A stretch of DNA of 63,984 nucleotides, filler included, from Candidatus Babelota bacterium (GTDB lineage: Bacteria; JAGOBX01), in the NCBI GenBank assembly GCA_017999075.1. It is 10 parts of 10 records of this genome, joined end to end, with 100 filler letters (N's around TTAATTAATTAA, not from the genome) between each part and the next. Parts side by side here need not be neighbours in the genome. Positions count along the whole stretch, not along the records: positions 13,535 to 20,130 come from JAGOBX010000200.1; positions 20,231 to 26,750 come from JAGOBX010000201.1; positions 26,851 to 33,347 come from JAGOBX010000202.1; 7 more parts are not named here. The stretch is one strand, 5' to 3'. Made by a program: the position numbers and the translations under genes. The notes below the pieces were generated by a model, which saw nothing but the letters and a program-made list of their open reading frames with translations, had not been told where the DNA came from and searched no databases. Positions 19,749 to 29,028 of this stretch are shown piece by piece (position 1 is the first letter of the stretch; every line of letters starts with the position of its first letter).

Positions 19749-20230
19749 CATTAATTTTTTGATGATATAATTATTATTAAAGAGCGGGTAATTATGTTGT
19801 GTAAAAATTGTTTGGTTTAAATACATTGGCTCTTGCAAAGATAATTCTTTGAATAAATTTGATAAAATAATGTCGATAATATCGATTATTTTTGTAATGA
19901 TAGCGCCGATATTTTGGTTAGTTCCGTTGATTTCCGCTTTAATTATAAGAAAAAATCATGCTCAAAAAATATATAAAAAAACGATTCTAATAATTAGCGG
20001 AATGGTTGCAATATGCACTTTTTAACATTTTTTTAAATAAAATTTTTTTATATTATGTTTGAAAATGAGCATAAATTATTACTATATGTATAATGGAGTA
20101 ATAGAAATATTTTTTTAAATTTGTTAGTAGNNNNNNNNNNNNNNNNNNNNNNNNNNNNNNNNNNNNNNNNNNNNTTAATTAATTAANNNNNNNNNNNNNN
20201 NNNNNNNNNNNNNNNNNNNNNNNNNNNNNN

Positions 20231-20673
20231 GTTATTGCAAGTATATGTAGAATATAAACTTCAGCCGAAATTGATTCTGTCCAATATGTTCTTGAAAAAG
20301 ATATATATAAAAGCGCGAAAAACGCGCTCATTATTTTTAAATTTTTGTTTAATCCGTTTTTTTTGCATAATGCATTTTCGGATTTCAAACAGCATAATCC
20401 AAAGATTATATGCCCGATTAAGATAAGATTTAATCCGCTTAAGATATTATTTATTAAATAACAGCTTGCCGGAACTGTTAAAAATCCAGAAAACATTGTT
20501 ATGGCTGAATTCAATAACCTTACAAAAACCGGATAACCGGGAGAATGAGGTATTCCATTACAGAAACCTGCGGTAATCAGTTCTATTGAATCGCCGTCTG
20601 GATTTAAGTTGTTTCCTGCCGTATAAAAATATACAGCGCATAATGCAATAACGGTAATGCATATTTTTTTCAT
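20231..20673 (-). CDS. DUF2723/TMEM260-like GT-C membrane glycosyltransferase, truncated
   Basis: GDSIELITAG..GIPHSPGYP and FSRTYWTESISAEVY.LH motifs. Confidence 0.8.
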
Positions 20674-21260
20674 TTATTTATTTCATTTATTACATTTTTT
20701 ATGGTGTCCTCATTTTGCGTTTTTGATTTAACAGCCGTTTCTGTTTTTTTTATAATTTTATTATCACTGGTTTTTTTTTCATCTTTTATTTTTTTATTTT
20801 CTATTTTTATATTTTTTTTTTCGGTCCTCAGATTTTTTGAAGAAGTTTTTATTGTATCACTGTCTTTTTTTACTGATTTATTTTTTTTTTCCTGTTTAGA
20901 CTTATTTATTGTTTTGTCAGGAACAGATTTTTTTGAAATTTTCGGCTCATCTTTTTTCGGCTCGTCTTTTTTTAAATCATTATGCTCGCTATGCTCGCTT
21001 TTTTTTTGTTCATGAAGTTCGGAAGTTTTTGGTGATGTGATTTCATTTTCAATTTCTTCATCGGTTTTATTTTGAACCTCTTTTATAACTGATTCTATGG
21101 CGTCATTATCATAATCGGTCTCTTCACCGATAGAATTTTTTTCCGAACCATTGTTAAATGAATCATTTATTTTTATCCATTCTGTTTTATATCTTCCTAT
21201 ATAAAAACCCGAAGAGAATGTTATTGCTATTATTATGATAAAAAATAATATTTTATTCAT
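20670..21260 (-). CDS. Hypothetical membrane-anchored, Lys/Glu-rich low-complexity protein
   Basis: N-terminal TM helix MNKILFFIIIIAITF; KKDEPKKDEPK and SEHSEH micro-repeats; ATGA overlap with the downstream gene. Confidence 0.65.
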   Translation of the reverse strand: MNKILFFIIIIAITFSSGFYIGRYKTEWIKINDSFNNGSEKNSIGEETDYDNDAIESVIKEVQNKTDEEIENEITSPKTSELHEQKKSEHSEHNDLKKDEPKKDEPKISKKSVPDKTINKSKQEKKNKSVKKDSDTIKTSSKNLRTEKKNIKIENKKIKDEKKTSDNKIIKKTETAVKSKTQNEDTIKNVINEINK

Positions 21261-21303
21261 TATAGTTTTAAAAGATTCATCAAATACAAATAAATGTTTC
21301 GAC

Positions 21304-21349
21304 AAAAAATATTATCTGGATTCCGGACTTTTAATCCGGAATCCAGATA
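21304..21349 (-). terminator. Intrinsic terminator after flagellin genes
   Basis: Perfect 15-bp inverted repeat TATCTGGATTCCGGA (21313-21327 / 21335-21349), 7-nt loop, T tract on the minus strand. Confidence 0.85.
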
Positions 21350-21366
21350 CATATTCGGATGTTTTA

Positions 21367-22245
21367 TTATCCTAACATCTGAAGAACGCTTTGAGGTCTT
21401 AAGTTTGCTTGAGTCAACATTGCTTGACCTGCCTGCATTAAAATTTGTTCTTTTGTGAAATTCACCATTTCAGCGGCTAAATCAACATCTCTGATTCTGC
21501 TTTCAGCTGACTGTAAATTTTCTTTTGCAATCAATACAAAATTATAAGTATGTTCTAAACGGTTTTGAATTGCTCCGAGTTGAGCGCGCTGTTCAGATAT
21601 CTGGTTGATAGCTGAAGATAATAAAGCTATAGCGCTTTCTGCTTCAGCTCTTGTAGCTACTGTAAAAGCAGTAGTTCCGTCGCCGAGAGTGTCTATATTC
21701 ATACCGGTTGTTGAAAAACTTGAAATATGAACTGAATAAGTCTGATTGATGTTAGCGCCTACATGAAATACTAAAGATCCCGGGTTTCCTGTTGCTCTGT
21801 CAATTCCATATGATCCGTTTAATAAATATTTTGTGTTGAATTGAACTCCTGTCTGCATACGATCTATTTCACATAACAGTTGTGTTATTTCAAGCTGTAT
21901 AAATTCACGGTCTGAATCAATCAGTGTGTCATTTGCAGACTGAACAGCTAAAACTCTCATTCTTTGAAGTATGCTGTGCAGTTCTTCAAGCCCTGATTCT
22001 GCAGTCTGAATTAATGAGATACCATCTTGAATGTTTCTTGAAGCCTGATCTAATCCATTGATCTGTGTTCTTAATTTTTCGCTGATTGCAAGACCTGCAG
22101 CATCGTCTGCTGCTCTGTTGATTCTGTATCCGCTTGAAAGTTTTTCCAACGAACTGTTTATTCTGAAATTTGTTAAAGTTAATTGTCTGTGCGCATACAT
22201 TGCGCTAACATTATGCTGAATTCTTAATCCTGATTCCATACTCAT
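21367..22245 (-). CDS. fliC: Flagellin (292 aa, short type)
   Basis: SLEKLSSGYRINRAADDAAGLAISEK N-domain and AESRIRDVDLAAEMVNFTK C-domain; start at MSMESG after AAGGAGG (track start 22344 is too long). Confidence 0.97.
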   Translation of the reverse strand: MSMESGLRIQHNVSAMYAHRQLTLTNFRINSSLEKLSSGYRINRAADDAAGLAISEKLRTQINGLDQASRNIQDGISLIQTAESGLEELHSILQRMRVLAVQSANDTLIDSDREFIQLEITQLLCEIDRMQTGVQFNTKYLLNGSYGIDRATGNPGSLVFHVGANINQTYSVHISSFSTTGMNIDTLGDGTTAFTVATRAEAESAIALLSSAINQISEQRAQLGAIQNRLEHTYNFVLIAKENLQSAESRIRDVDLAAEMVNFTKEQILMQAGQAMLTQANLRPQSVLQMLG

Positions 22246-22254
22246 TTTAATCTT

Positions 22255-22418
22255 CCTCCTTGTAGAAAACCTAAATTTTATCCGATATGTTTTTATTGAT
22301 TTTACCGGATAAATTTTCTGACCAAATTTTAAAGATTTTAACAATCTTCAAATTACGAATGTTTAGCCCTCTTATTAAACATCCGTGTTAATAAAAAGCT
22401 TAATAGTCCACCTCCTTG
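22255..22418 (-). promoter_or_regulatory. CsrA/RsmA-type binding sites in intergenic leader of downstream flagellin
   Basis: ACACGGATGT in a hairpin loop (22372-22394); CAAGGAGG at 22411-22418 and over the RBS at 22255-22262. Confidence 0.6.
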
Positions 22419-22446
22419 ATAAATTTTTGGTCTTATTTTAATAATT

Positions 22447-23325
22447 TTATTTTAACATTGACAACACAGTTCCAGGCTGAACATTTGCCTGCGATAACAT
22501 CGATTGACCGGCCTGCATTAAAATTTGTTCTTTTGTAAAATTAACCATTTCAGATGCCAGATCCACATCACGGATTCTGCTTTCTGCTGTTTGCAGATTT
22601 TCTTTTTCTATAAGAACAAAATTGTATGTGTGTTCGAGTCTGTTTTGAACAGCTCCGAGAACCGCTCTTTGTCTGGATATTTCGTTTATAGCTGATGAAA
22701 GTAATCCTATAGCGCTTTCAGCATTTTCTCTTGTTCCTACAGTGAAAGGCGTTATTCCATCGCTGAGAGTATCAATATTTAATCCTGTAGTTGAGAAGCT
22801 TGATATTTGAACTGAAAATGTCTGATTCATGTTAGCGCCGACATGAAATATCAGAGAACCTGGACCTCCTGCGGTTGGAGGAGTAATATAATCTCCGCTC
22901 AATAGGTATTTAGTGTTGAACTGAACTCCGGTCTGCATTCTGTCGATTTCACATAATAATTGGGTTATTTCAAGCTGTATGAAGTTTCGGTCTGAATCTA
23001 TCAATGTATCATTTGCAGATTGTACTGCAAGTATGCGCATTCTCTGAAGAATGCTGTGCAGTTCTTCAAGTCCGGATTCCGCAGTTTGTATTAATGAAAT
23101 ACTATCTTGAATATTTCTTGACGCCTGATCAAGTCCATAAATTTGAGTTCTGAGTTTTTCACTGATTGCCAGACCGGCAGCATCATCTGCAGCCCTGTTT
23201 ATTCTGTAACCACTGGAAAGTTTTTCTAATGAACTGTTAATCCTTAGATTGGTTAAAGATAATTGCCGGTGAGCGTACATTGCGCTCACATTATGCATAA
23301 TCCTTAATCCCGATTCTGAACTCAT
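22447..23325 (-). CDS. fliC: Flagellin (292 aa, paralog)
   Basis: Same conserved flagellin N and C domains; highly similar to the downstream copy. Confidence 0.97.
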   Translation of the reverse strand: MSSESGLRIMHNVSAMYAHRQLSLTNLRINSSLEKLSSGYRINRAADDAAGLAISEKLRTQIYGLDQASRNIQDSISLIQTAESGLEELHSILQRMRILAVQSANDTLIDSDRNFIQLEITQLLCEIDRMQTGVQFNTKYLLSGDYITPPTAGGPGSLIFHVGANMNQTFSVQISSFSTTGLNIDTLSDGITPFTVGTRENAESAIGLLSSAINEISRQRAVLGAVQNRLEHTYNFVLIEKENLQTAESRIRDVDLASEMVNFTKEQILMQAGQSMLSQANVQPGTVLSMLK

Positions 23326-23331
23326 TTTTTT

Positions 23332-23514
23332 CCTCCTTGATTATTCTTCCGGCAAATCCGTTCGCCGGATTAAATATTAAAACGCTGAAATTTGCCCTCA
23401 CAACGAATTAATATTTTTTAAACAACGATAACCCGTCTTCATAAGACAGGTCAGGTATTGTTCAGATTATTCTTACTATTACCTGTCCTTGGTCTTTTGT
23501 TTAACTTATCCTTG
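23332..23514 (-). promoter_or_regulatory. CsrA/RsmA-type binding sites in 5' UTR of upstream flagellin
   Basis: CAAGGATA (23507-23514), CAAGGACA (23484-23491), hairpin TCCGGCGA-ACGGAT-TTGCCGGA (23348-23369) and CAAGGAGG RBS (23332-23339). Confidence 0.65.
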
Positions 23515-23551
23515 TTTAACTTCGGTAATTTTCTTACCGATTATGTCACTT

Positions 23552-23579
23552 ATATCGGTGGTTTTTTGAAAAAACTTTA
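23552..23579 (-). promoter_or_regulatory. Sigma28 (FliA/SigD) promoter
   Basis: Minus strand TAAA(GTTT)-N16-ACCGATAT, matching the TAAA-N15/16-GCCGATAW consensus, upstream of the flagellins. Confidence 0.8.
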
Positions 23580-23645
23580 GCTGTTTTTACTGTTTTATAA
23601 TAACGACTTTGTTATCAATGGTTTAAAGTGAAAAAACTGAGGTTG

Positions 23646-24332
23646 TTAAAATGCGCAGCATATTTTTTTATAAAATAAATCTGACAAATTATTTATATTG
23701 TTGTCGCTTTGAAAAAAATTATTAATATCTGATAATCCGCAAAATGAAGAATACAGTTCATTCTGTTGTATATTAAAAATATCAGAATATAATTTATAAT
23801 TTACTTTTATGGGAAGATTTCCCTGTATCAGAGTCGATGACGGAAATTTTCTAATAGCTGTTCCAACAATTTTTTTTTTGTTCCATTCTATTTCATAATC
23901 CGAAGTATGATTAAAACATACAGGATCTTTTATTCCAGCTTTTTTTTTTGTGCAGTTAAGTTCTGAAGGAATTCCTGATTCGTTTAATGCGGAATTTAGA
24001 GATGTGTTAACTATCTTATAATAATCAGTTATTCTTGTAGAATTGAACAAATTGTTGTTTATGACAATTGAAAAAGTAAAATCATTATCATGAAGAATAG
24101 CTTTGCCTCCTGTCGGGCGTTTTATTACAGGAATATTATTTTTCAAACAATATTCAAAGTTTATGGATTTATCCTGATGTTGAAAATATCCTGTTGTTAC
24201 AGAAGGTTCAATCCATCCGTAAACTCGAAAATATGAAATTCCGTTTTTTTCAGAATCATTTGCCAGTTTTGCGTCAAATGACATATTATATTCAGCTTTT
24301 GATACACTGTATTTTATGAGTTCAAATTTCAT
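23646..24332 (-). CDS. Lipoate-protein ligase A / octanoyltransferase family protein
   Basis: YNMSFD, FRVYGW..PSVTTGYFQ, VIKRPTGGKAILHD and KKIVGTA motifs. Confidence 0.9.
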   Translation of the reverse strand: MKFELIKYSVSKAEYNMSFDAKLANDSEKNGISYFRVYGWIEPSVTTGYFQHQDKSINFEYCLKNNIPVIKRPTGGKAILHDNDFTFSIVINNNLFNSTRITDYYKIVNTSLNSALNESGIPSELNCTKKKAGIKDPVCFNHTSDYEIEWNKKKIVGTAIRKFPSSTLIQGNLPIKVNYKLYSDIFNIQQNELYSSFCGLSDINNFFQSDNNINNLSDLFYKKICCAF

Positions 24333-24358
24333 ATTATATAATATAGTTTAAGATAAAT

Positions 24359-24856
24359 TCAATAATTTAATGTATTACAGTAACATAACGCTACTGCTAT
24401 TGCATCGGCAACATCCGGAGGTTCAGGCAATTTATCAAGAGAAAACCTGTTTTTTACCATATTTTGCATCTGTAGTTTTGATGAATGACCGTTGCCTGTC
24501 AAAGACATTTTTATTTTGTTTGCAGCAAAACTTTTTACAAGAAGATTGTTTACTGCAGCAGCTAAAAAAATTACTCCGCGCGCATGTCCCATAATTATTG
24601 AAGTTTTCGGATGATTATAATGCGAATATAATTCTTCGACTACCATTACGTCTGGATTAAATAGTTTTATAAGATTGCTGGTTTCGTCAAAAAGATATTT
24701 TAACCGTTTTTCGAGAGATTGGTTGCTCTTAATTTTTATACATCCGGCTTCTTTTAAAATTGGTTTTCTGAAATCTGCATCTATAATTCCATATCCGGTA
24801 ATTCCAAGACCCGGATCTATTCCTATAATACGCAATATGTTTTTGTCAGAGGACAT
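24359..24856 (-). CDS. ruvC: Holliday junction resolvase RuvC
   Basis: IIGIDPGLGITGYG, VVEE, GHARGV, KMSLTGNG and PDVADAIAVA motifs. Confidence 0.96.
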   Translation of the reverse strand: MSSDKNILRIIGIDPGLGITGYGIIDADFRKPILKEAGCIKIKSNQSLEKRLKYLFDETSNLIKLFNPDVMVVEELYSHYNHPKTSIIMGHARGVIFLAAAVNNLLVKSFAANKIKMSLTGNGHSSKLQMQNMVKNRFSLDKLPEPPDVADAIAVALCYCNTLNY

Positions 24857-26072
24857 TGACGTTTAATTCGAATGGAATATTTTTTAAACCTGAATTAAGC
24901 TGACAGTCCTGTTTGGTAATAAAATGAACACATTGTTCGTATTTTTTGCTGATATTTTCTATAGTTGTGAAAAATAAATCGTCAGCTTCTTTACAGTCAT
25001 AATAATTGAAATTAATTGTAAACATATCTTTTAACAGATTGTTTACAAAATCATCTGAAAGAAACGCGTCAAAAAGTTCTGCGTCTTCAGTTGATACTTT
25101 GTTTGTAAAAACAAAATTGCATATTTCGGTCGTGATTTCAAATTTTACGCTTAACGTCAGGTAAATGACTACTTTATCAATATTTTCGTATAAGTTTCTG
25201 ATTTTTTTTATTATTTTCGATTCCCGGTCAATAGAATCGTCAACTATATAATAAATCATTTCGTTTAATTTCATTATTTTGTTTGCTTCAAGCATATTAT
25301 TTCTTAAAGATACCATTACAGGCAGAAGTGATTTGCAGAAATCACTTTCAGCATTTCTTATTTTTGTTATAATTGAAGATATCTGATTGAATTCTCCGTA
25401 TCCGTCGATTATATAACCTGCAAGGTTTTCGGCTTTTCCTATTGTATCCTGAATAGAATCATAACCTATTGAATAAGGAGTTAATTTATATTTCCCTGCT
25501 ATTTCGTTTAATCCTCTGCCCAACACCAGACTTCTGGAAATTATTATTACCGATAAATTGTTATTGGCATCTTCAGGGATAAAATTGAATTTTGCAGAAC
25601 CGGATTGTTCTTTTAAATCAAGCAATATCTTCTGGATTTTGTTATACCATTTATTGAGTTTGTTGCCGGGAGAAAAAACTTCTATATCATCTTCACTTAC
25701 ATTTTTTTCGGCGCAGTATTCCTGGAATACCTGTTCTTCGTTTTCACAGATTTTAAATATATTCATTATTGCAGTATTGGATAAAAATTTAAAAACAGGT
25801 TTTTGCAGATGGGTTAAATATATTTTTTTGTTCAGCATCCGTAATTTTTTATTTAAATCTATCAGTTCTTTGAATGTTTCCGTTGATATGAAAGGGACTT
25901 TGGCAAGATCAAACGCTACATATTCGCAAAATGTATTGAATTTGGAAATCAGTGTTTCTTTTATAGGATATAAGTTTTGTTCTGTAATACTGCCGGTAAA
26001 TTCTACAACAGTAATTTTTTTATAACAATAATCATCAATATTTAATCCTGATTTAATAGTGATTTCAGCCAT
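24846..26072 (-). CDS. STAS (anti-sigma antagonist) domain protein with extra domains
   Basis: N-terminal STAS pattern VVEFTGSI...VAFDLAKVPFISTETF...KIYLTHLQKPVFKFL; remainder unassigned. Confidence 0.65.
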   Translation of the reverse strand: MAEITIKSGLNIDDYCYKKITVVEFTGSITEQNLYPIKETLISKFNTFCEYVAFDLAKVPFISTETFKELIDLNKKLRMLNKKIYLTHLQKPVFKFLSNTAIMNIFKICENEEQVFQEYCAEKNVSEDDIEVFSPGNKLNKWYNKIQKILLDLKEQSGSAKFNFIPEDANNNLSVIIISRSLVLGRGLNEIAGKYKLTPYSIGYDSIQDTIGKAENLAGYIIDGYGEFNQISSIITKIRNAESDFCKSLLPVMVSLRNNMLEANKIMKLNEMIYYIVDDSIDRESKIIKKIRNLYENIDKVVIYLTLSVKFEITTEICNFVFTNKVSTEDAELFDAFLSDDFVNNLLKDMFTINFNYYDCKEADDLFFTTIENISKKYEQCVHFITKQDCQLNSGLKNIPFELNVNVL

Positions 26073-26315
26073 TGCATTCCCCTCAATTTAATTTTTATTT
26101 TTTATTTATTATAGAATTAAAAATAAAAACTTCAATATAAAATAAAAACATGAATAGAAATACCGGTTAGGAAAACTGCTCCTATATCTTGAGCTTATGA
26201 ATTGTTTACAAAATATTATATATTTTTTTAAGAAATTAAAATATAATTCTATCATATTATACTTTTATAATTTATTAAAATTAAAATTTGTATAAAAATT
26301 ATGGAGTGATAAGAG

Positions 26316-26750
26316 ATGATTATAGTTACTGGTGGAGCCGGATTTATTGGAAGCGCCATTATATGGAGATTGAATCAGATTGGAGAGTCTAATATTTTAG
26401 TTGTTGACAGCCTTGGAAAATCTGATAAATGGAAGAATCTAAGAAATTTAAAATACAGTGATTATATGGAAAAAGACAGGTTTCTGGAAAAAATAATTAA
26501 AGATGAATTTCATGAAAATGATGTTGATTGTATAATACATATGGGAGCGTGTTCTTCCACCACTGAAACAGATTGCAGGTATCTGGCAATTAATAATTAT
26601 GAATATACCAGGATATTGGCTGATTTTGCAGTATCTAACCAGATAGGATTTATTTATGCAAGCAGCGCTGCTACTTATGGTTCAGGCGAATCAGGGTATA
26701 ATGACGATGAAAAAAATCTTGATAAACTGCAGCCTTTGAATATGTATGGA
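26316..26750 (+). CDS. rfaD: ADP-L-glycero-D-manno-heptose 6-epimerase, truncated
   Basis: MIIVTGGAGFIGS, HMGACSSTTE, YASSAATYG and PLNMYG motifs. Confidence 0.93.
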
Positions 26751-26850
26751 NNNNNNNNNNNNNNNNNNNNNNNNNNNNNNNNNNNNNNNNNNNNTTAATT
26801 AATTAANNNNNNNNNNNNNNNNNNNNNNNNNNNNNNNNNNNNNNNNNNNN

Positions 26851-27188
26851 ATAAAAATATATTGAATAATATTAATGGGATAAAGTTTATAGATCCTCCG
26901 TCCGTAACCAGGCCGAATTATTGGTTTTATTCTATAATAATTGAAAAAGGAATATATGCTTATAACAATATTGAATTAATGAATATTTTTTCAGAGAATA
27001 ATATTCAAACACGTCCTTTATGGTATTTGAATCATTGGCAGCAACCTTATAAAAATAATTATTCGTATAAAATTGAAAAAGCGGTATGGTATTACGATCG
27101 TATTTTGAATTTGCCGTGCAGCAGTAATTTGACAGAAGAAGAAGTGGAAAAAGTTTGTGTTATTATCAGAAAAAATTCTAAAAAGTAA
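26851..27188 (+). CDS. LegC/DegT family aminotransferase, C-terminal fragment
   Basis: NYWFYSI, NIQTRPLW and ILNLPCSS motifs; open to the contig start. Confidence 0.85.
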
Positions 27189-27204
27189 CAGAGGTTGAAT
27201 CATT

Positions 27205-28266
27205 GTGGAAAAAATCAAACAGTTATTTATTTCTAAAGAAACTTTGATCAGTAAAGCTTTAAGTCAAATTGATGAAACCGCCGAAAAATTATTGTTTGTA
27301 GTTGATGAAAAAAATACTTTATTAGGAACTGTATCTGATGGGGATATCAGACGCTGGATATTGAAGGATAAAAGTATAAAAGAATCAGTGGATAATGTTA
27401 TGAACACATTTCCAATAACTATGAAAAACGGATATTTGATGGAAGATGCAAAAAAAATTATGATTGAAAAAAAAATTAATTGCATTCCTGTAGTTGATGG
27501 AGATAACAGAATAATACATGCGGTCCGATGGATTGATTTGTTTGATACAAAATTTAAACGTCATAAAATGAATAATATTCCTACTGTAATAATGGCAGGA
27601 GGAGAAGGAAGAAGACTTTATCCGTTTACAAAAATCCTCCCTAAACCGTTAATACCGATTGGAGATAAAACTATTCTTGAATTGATAATCGAAAAATTTA
27701 CCGAGTTTGGGTGTAAAGATTTTTATCTGTCTTTGAATTATAAAGCTAATCTTATAAAAGCTTATTTGAACGATTTTGATTTTTCAAACAACATAGAATA
27801 TGTTGTTGAAGAAAAACCGTTGGGAACAGCAGGCAGTCTTCATCTTCTTAAGAATAAAATTAAATCAACGTTTTATGTGAGCAATTGCGACATACTCGTT
27901 GATGCGGATTATAGCGATATCCTTGAATTCCACAGGACGAATTTGAACAAAATTACTATAGTTAATTCAATGATTAATTATGTTATACCTTATGGAGTAT
28001 GCGAGATTGAAAGCGGAGGTTCTTTAAAGCAGATAAAGGAAAAACCTGAATTTAACTTTTTGGTTAATACCGGACTATATGTTCTTGAACCTGATACTTT
28101 GGACGATATTCCTGAAAATAAGTTCTATCATATAACAGACATGATAAACGATTATATGAAACGCGGAGTTAAAGTGGGAGTTTACCCTGTATCACAGAAA
28201 TCATGGCTGGATATGGGACAGCTTAAAGAATTACAGGATATGATGACAAAATTCGGGGTTAAATAA
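27205..28266 (+). CDS. CBS-domain nucleotidyltransferase (PtmE/LegX-like)
   Basis: CBS pair (GTVSDGDIRR) followed by VIMAGGEGRRLYPFTKILPKPLIPIG, EEKPLGTAG and WLDMG. Confidence 0.9.
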   Translation: MEKIKQLFISKETLISKALSQIDETAEKLLFVVDEKNTLLGTVSDGDIRRWILKDKSIKESVDNVMNTFPITMKNGYLMEDAKKIMIEKKINCIPVVDGDNRIIHAVRWIDLFDTKFKRHKMNNIPTVIMAGGEGRRLYPFTKILPKPLIPIGDKTILELIIEKFTEFGCKDFYLSLNYKANLIKAYLNDFDFSNNIEYVVEEKPLGTAGSLHLLKNKIKSTFYVSNCDILVDADYSDILEFHRTNLNKITIVNSMINYVIPYGVCEIESGGSLKQIKEKPEFNFLVNTGLYVLEPDTLDDIPENKFYHITDMINDYMKRGVKVGVYPVSQKSWLDMGQLKELQDMMTKFGVK

Positions 28267-28380
28267 ATATAAAAAAAATTTCAAAATTAAATTTATTTTT
28301 CAGAAGACCAGAAACTACGGAATTAAGCCCGTAGAGAAATTAATTTTATAGAATATAATATTATCAGAGTAAATTGGATT

Positions 28381-29028
28381 ATGGAAAAATTATTATTAAT
28401 CGGCGGCGGCGGTCATTGTAAAGTTGTTATTGATGCTGTAAATAAAATGGGAGTGTTTGAAATATCAGGAATAATTGATATTAAAGAAAAAATAGGATTA
28501 AAAGTTAGCAGTATTCCAATTATAGGTTCTGATGAAGAACTTATAAAAATCGTTAGTTCGCTGCATATAAAAAAATGTATTATTACCGCAGGTTCTGTTG
28601 GAGAAACTTTGTTGCGGACGAGACTTGTGAAATTATCAGAAAATGCAGGATTGGAATTTGTAAATATAATTCATCCATCTGCAATAATTTCAGAAAATTC
28701 AATTTTAGGTAAAGGGAATTTTGTATCTGCAGGAGCAATAATAAATTCTGAAACTATAATAGGAGATCATTGTATTATAAATACCGGGGCGGTTATCGAG
28801 CATGATTGTAAAATAGGAGATTTTGTTCATATCTCTCCTAAAGCGCTTTTATGCGGCGGAGTAAAAATAGGAAATAATTCTCATATAGGAGCCGGGACAT
28901 GCGTTATTCAAAATGTAGCCGTAGGTTCGAATACAATAATTGGAATTGGAAGCGTTGTAACAAAAACAGTAGAATCAAATATCGTAGCTTACGGAAATCC
29001 GTGTAAACCCAAAACCAATGGAAACTAA
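28381..29028 (+). CDS. neuD: NeuD/PglD-family sugar acetyltransferase
   Basis: LIGGGGHCKVVID, IIHPSA, hexapeptide repeats, IEHDC and YGNPCK motifs. Confidence 0.88.
   Translation: MEKLLLIGGGGHCKVVIDAVNKMGVFEISGIIDIKEKIGLKVSSIPIIGSDEELIKIVSSLHIKKCIITAGSVGETLLRTRLVKLSENAGLEFVNIIHPSAIISENSILGKGNFVSAGAIINSETIIGDHCIINTGAVIEHDCKIGDFVHISPKALLCGGVKIGNNSHIGAGTCVIQNVAVGSNTIIGIGSVVTKTVESNIVAYGNPCKPKTNGN

Noticed and set aside
24359-24856. RuvC as part of a TnpB/Cas12-like system
   Set aside because: A stand-alone 165-aa canonical Holliday junction resolvase in a housekeeping context.
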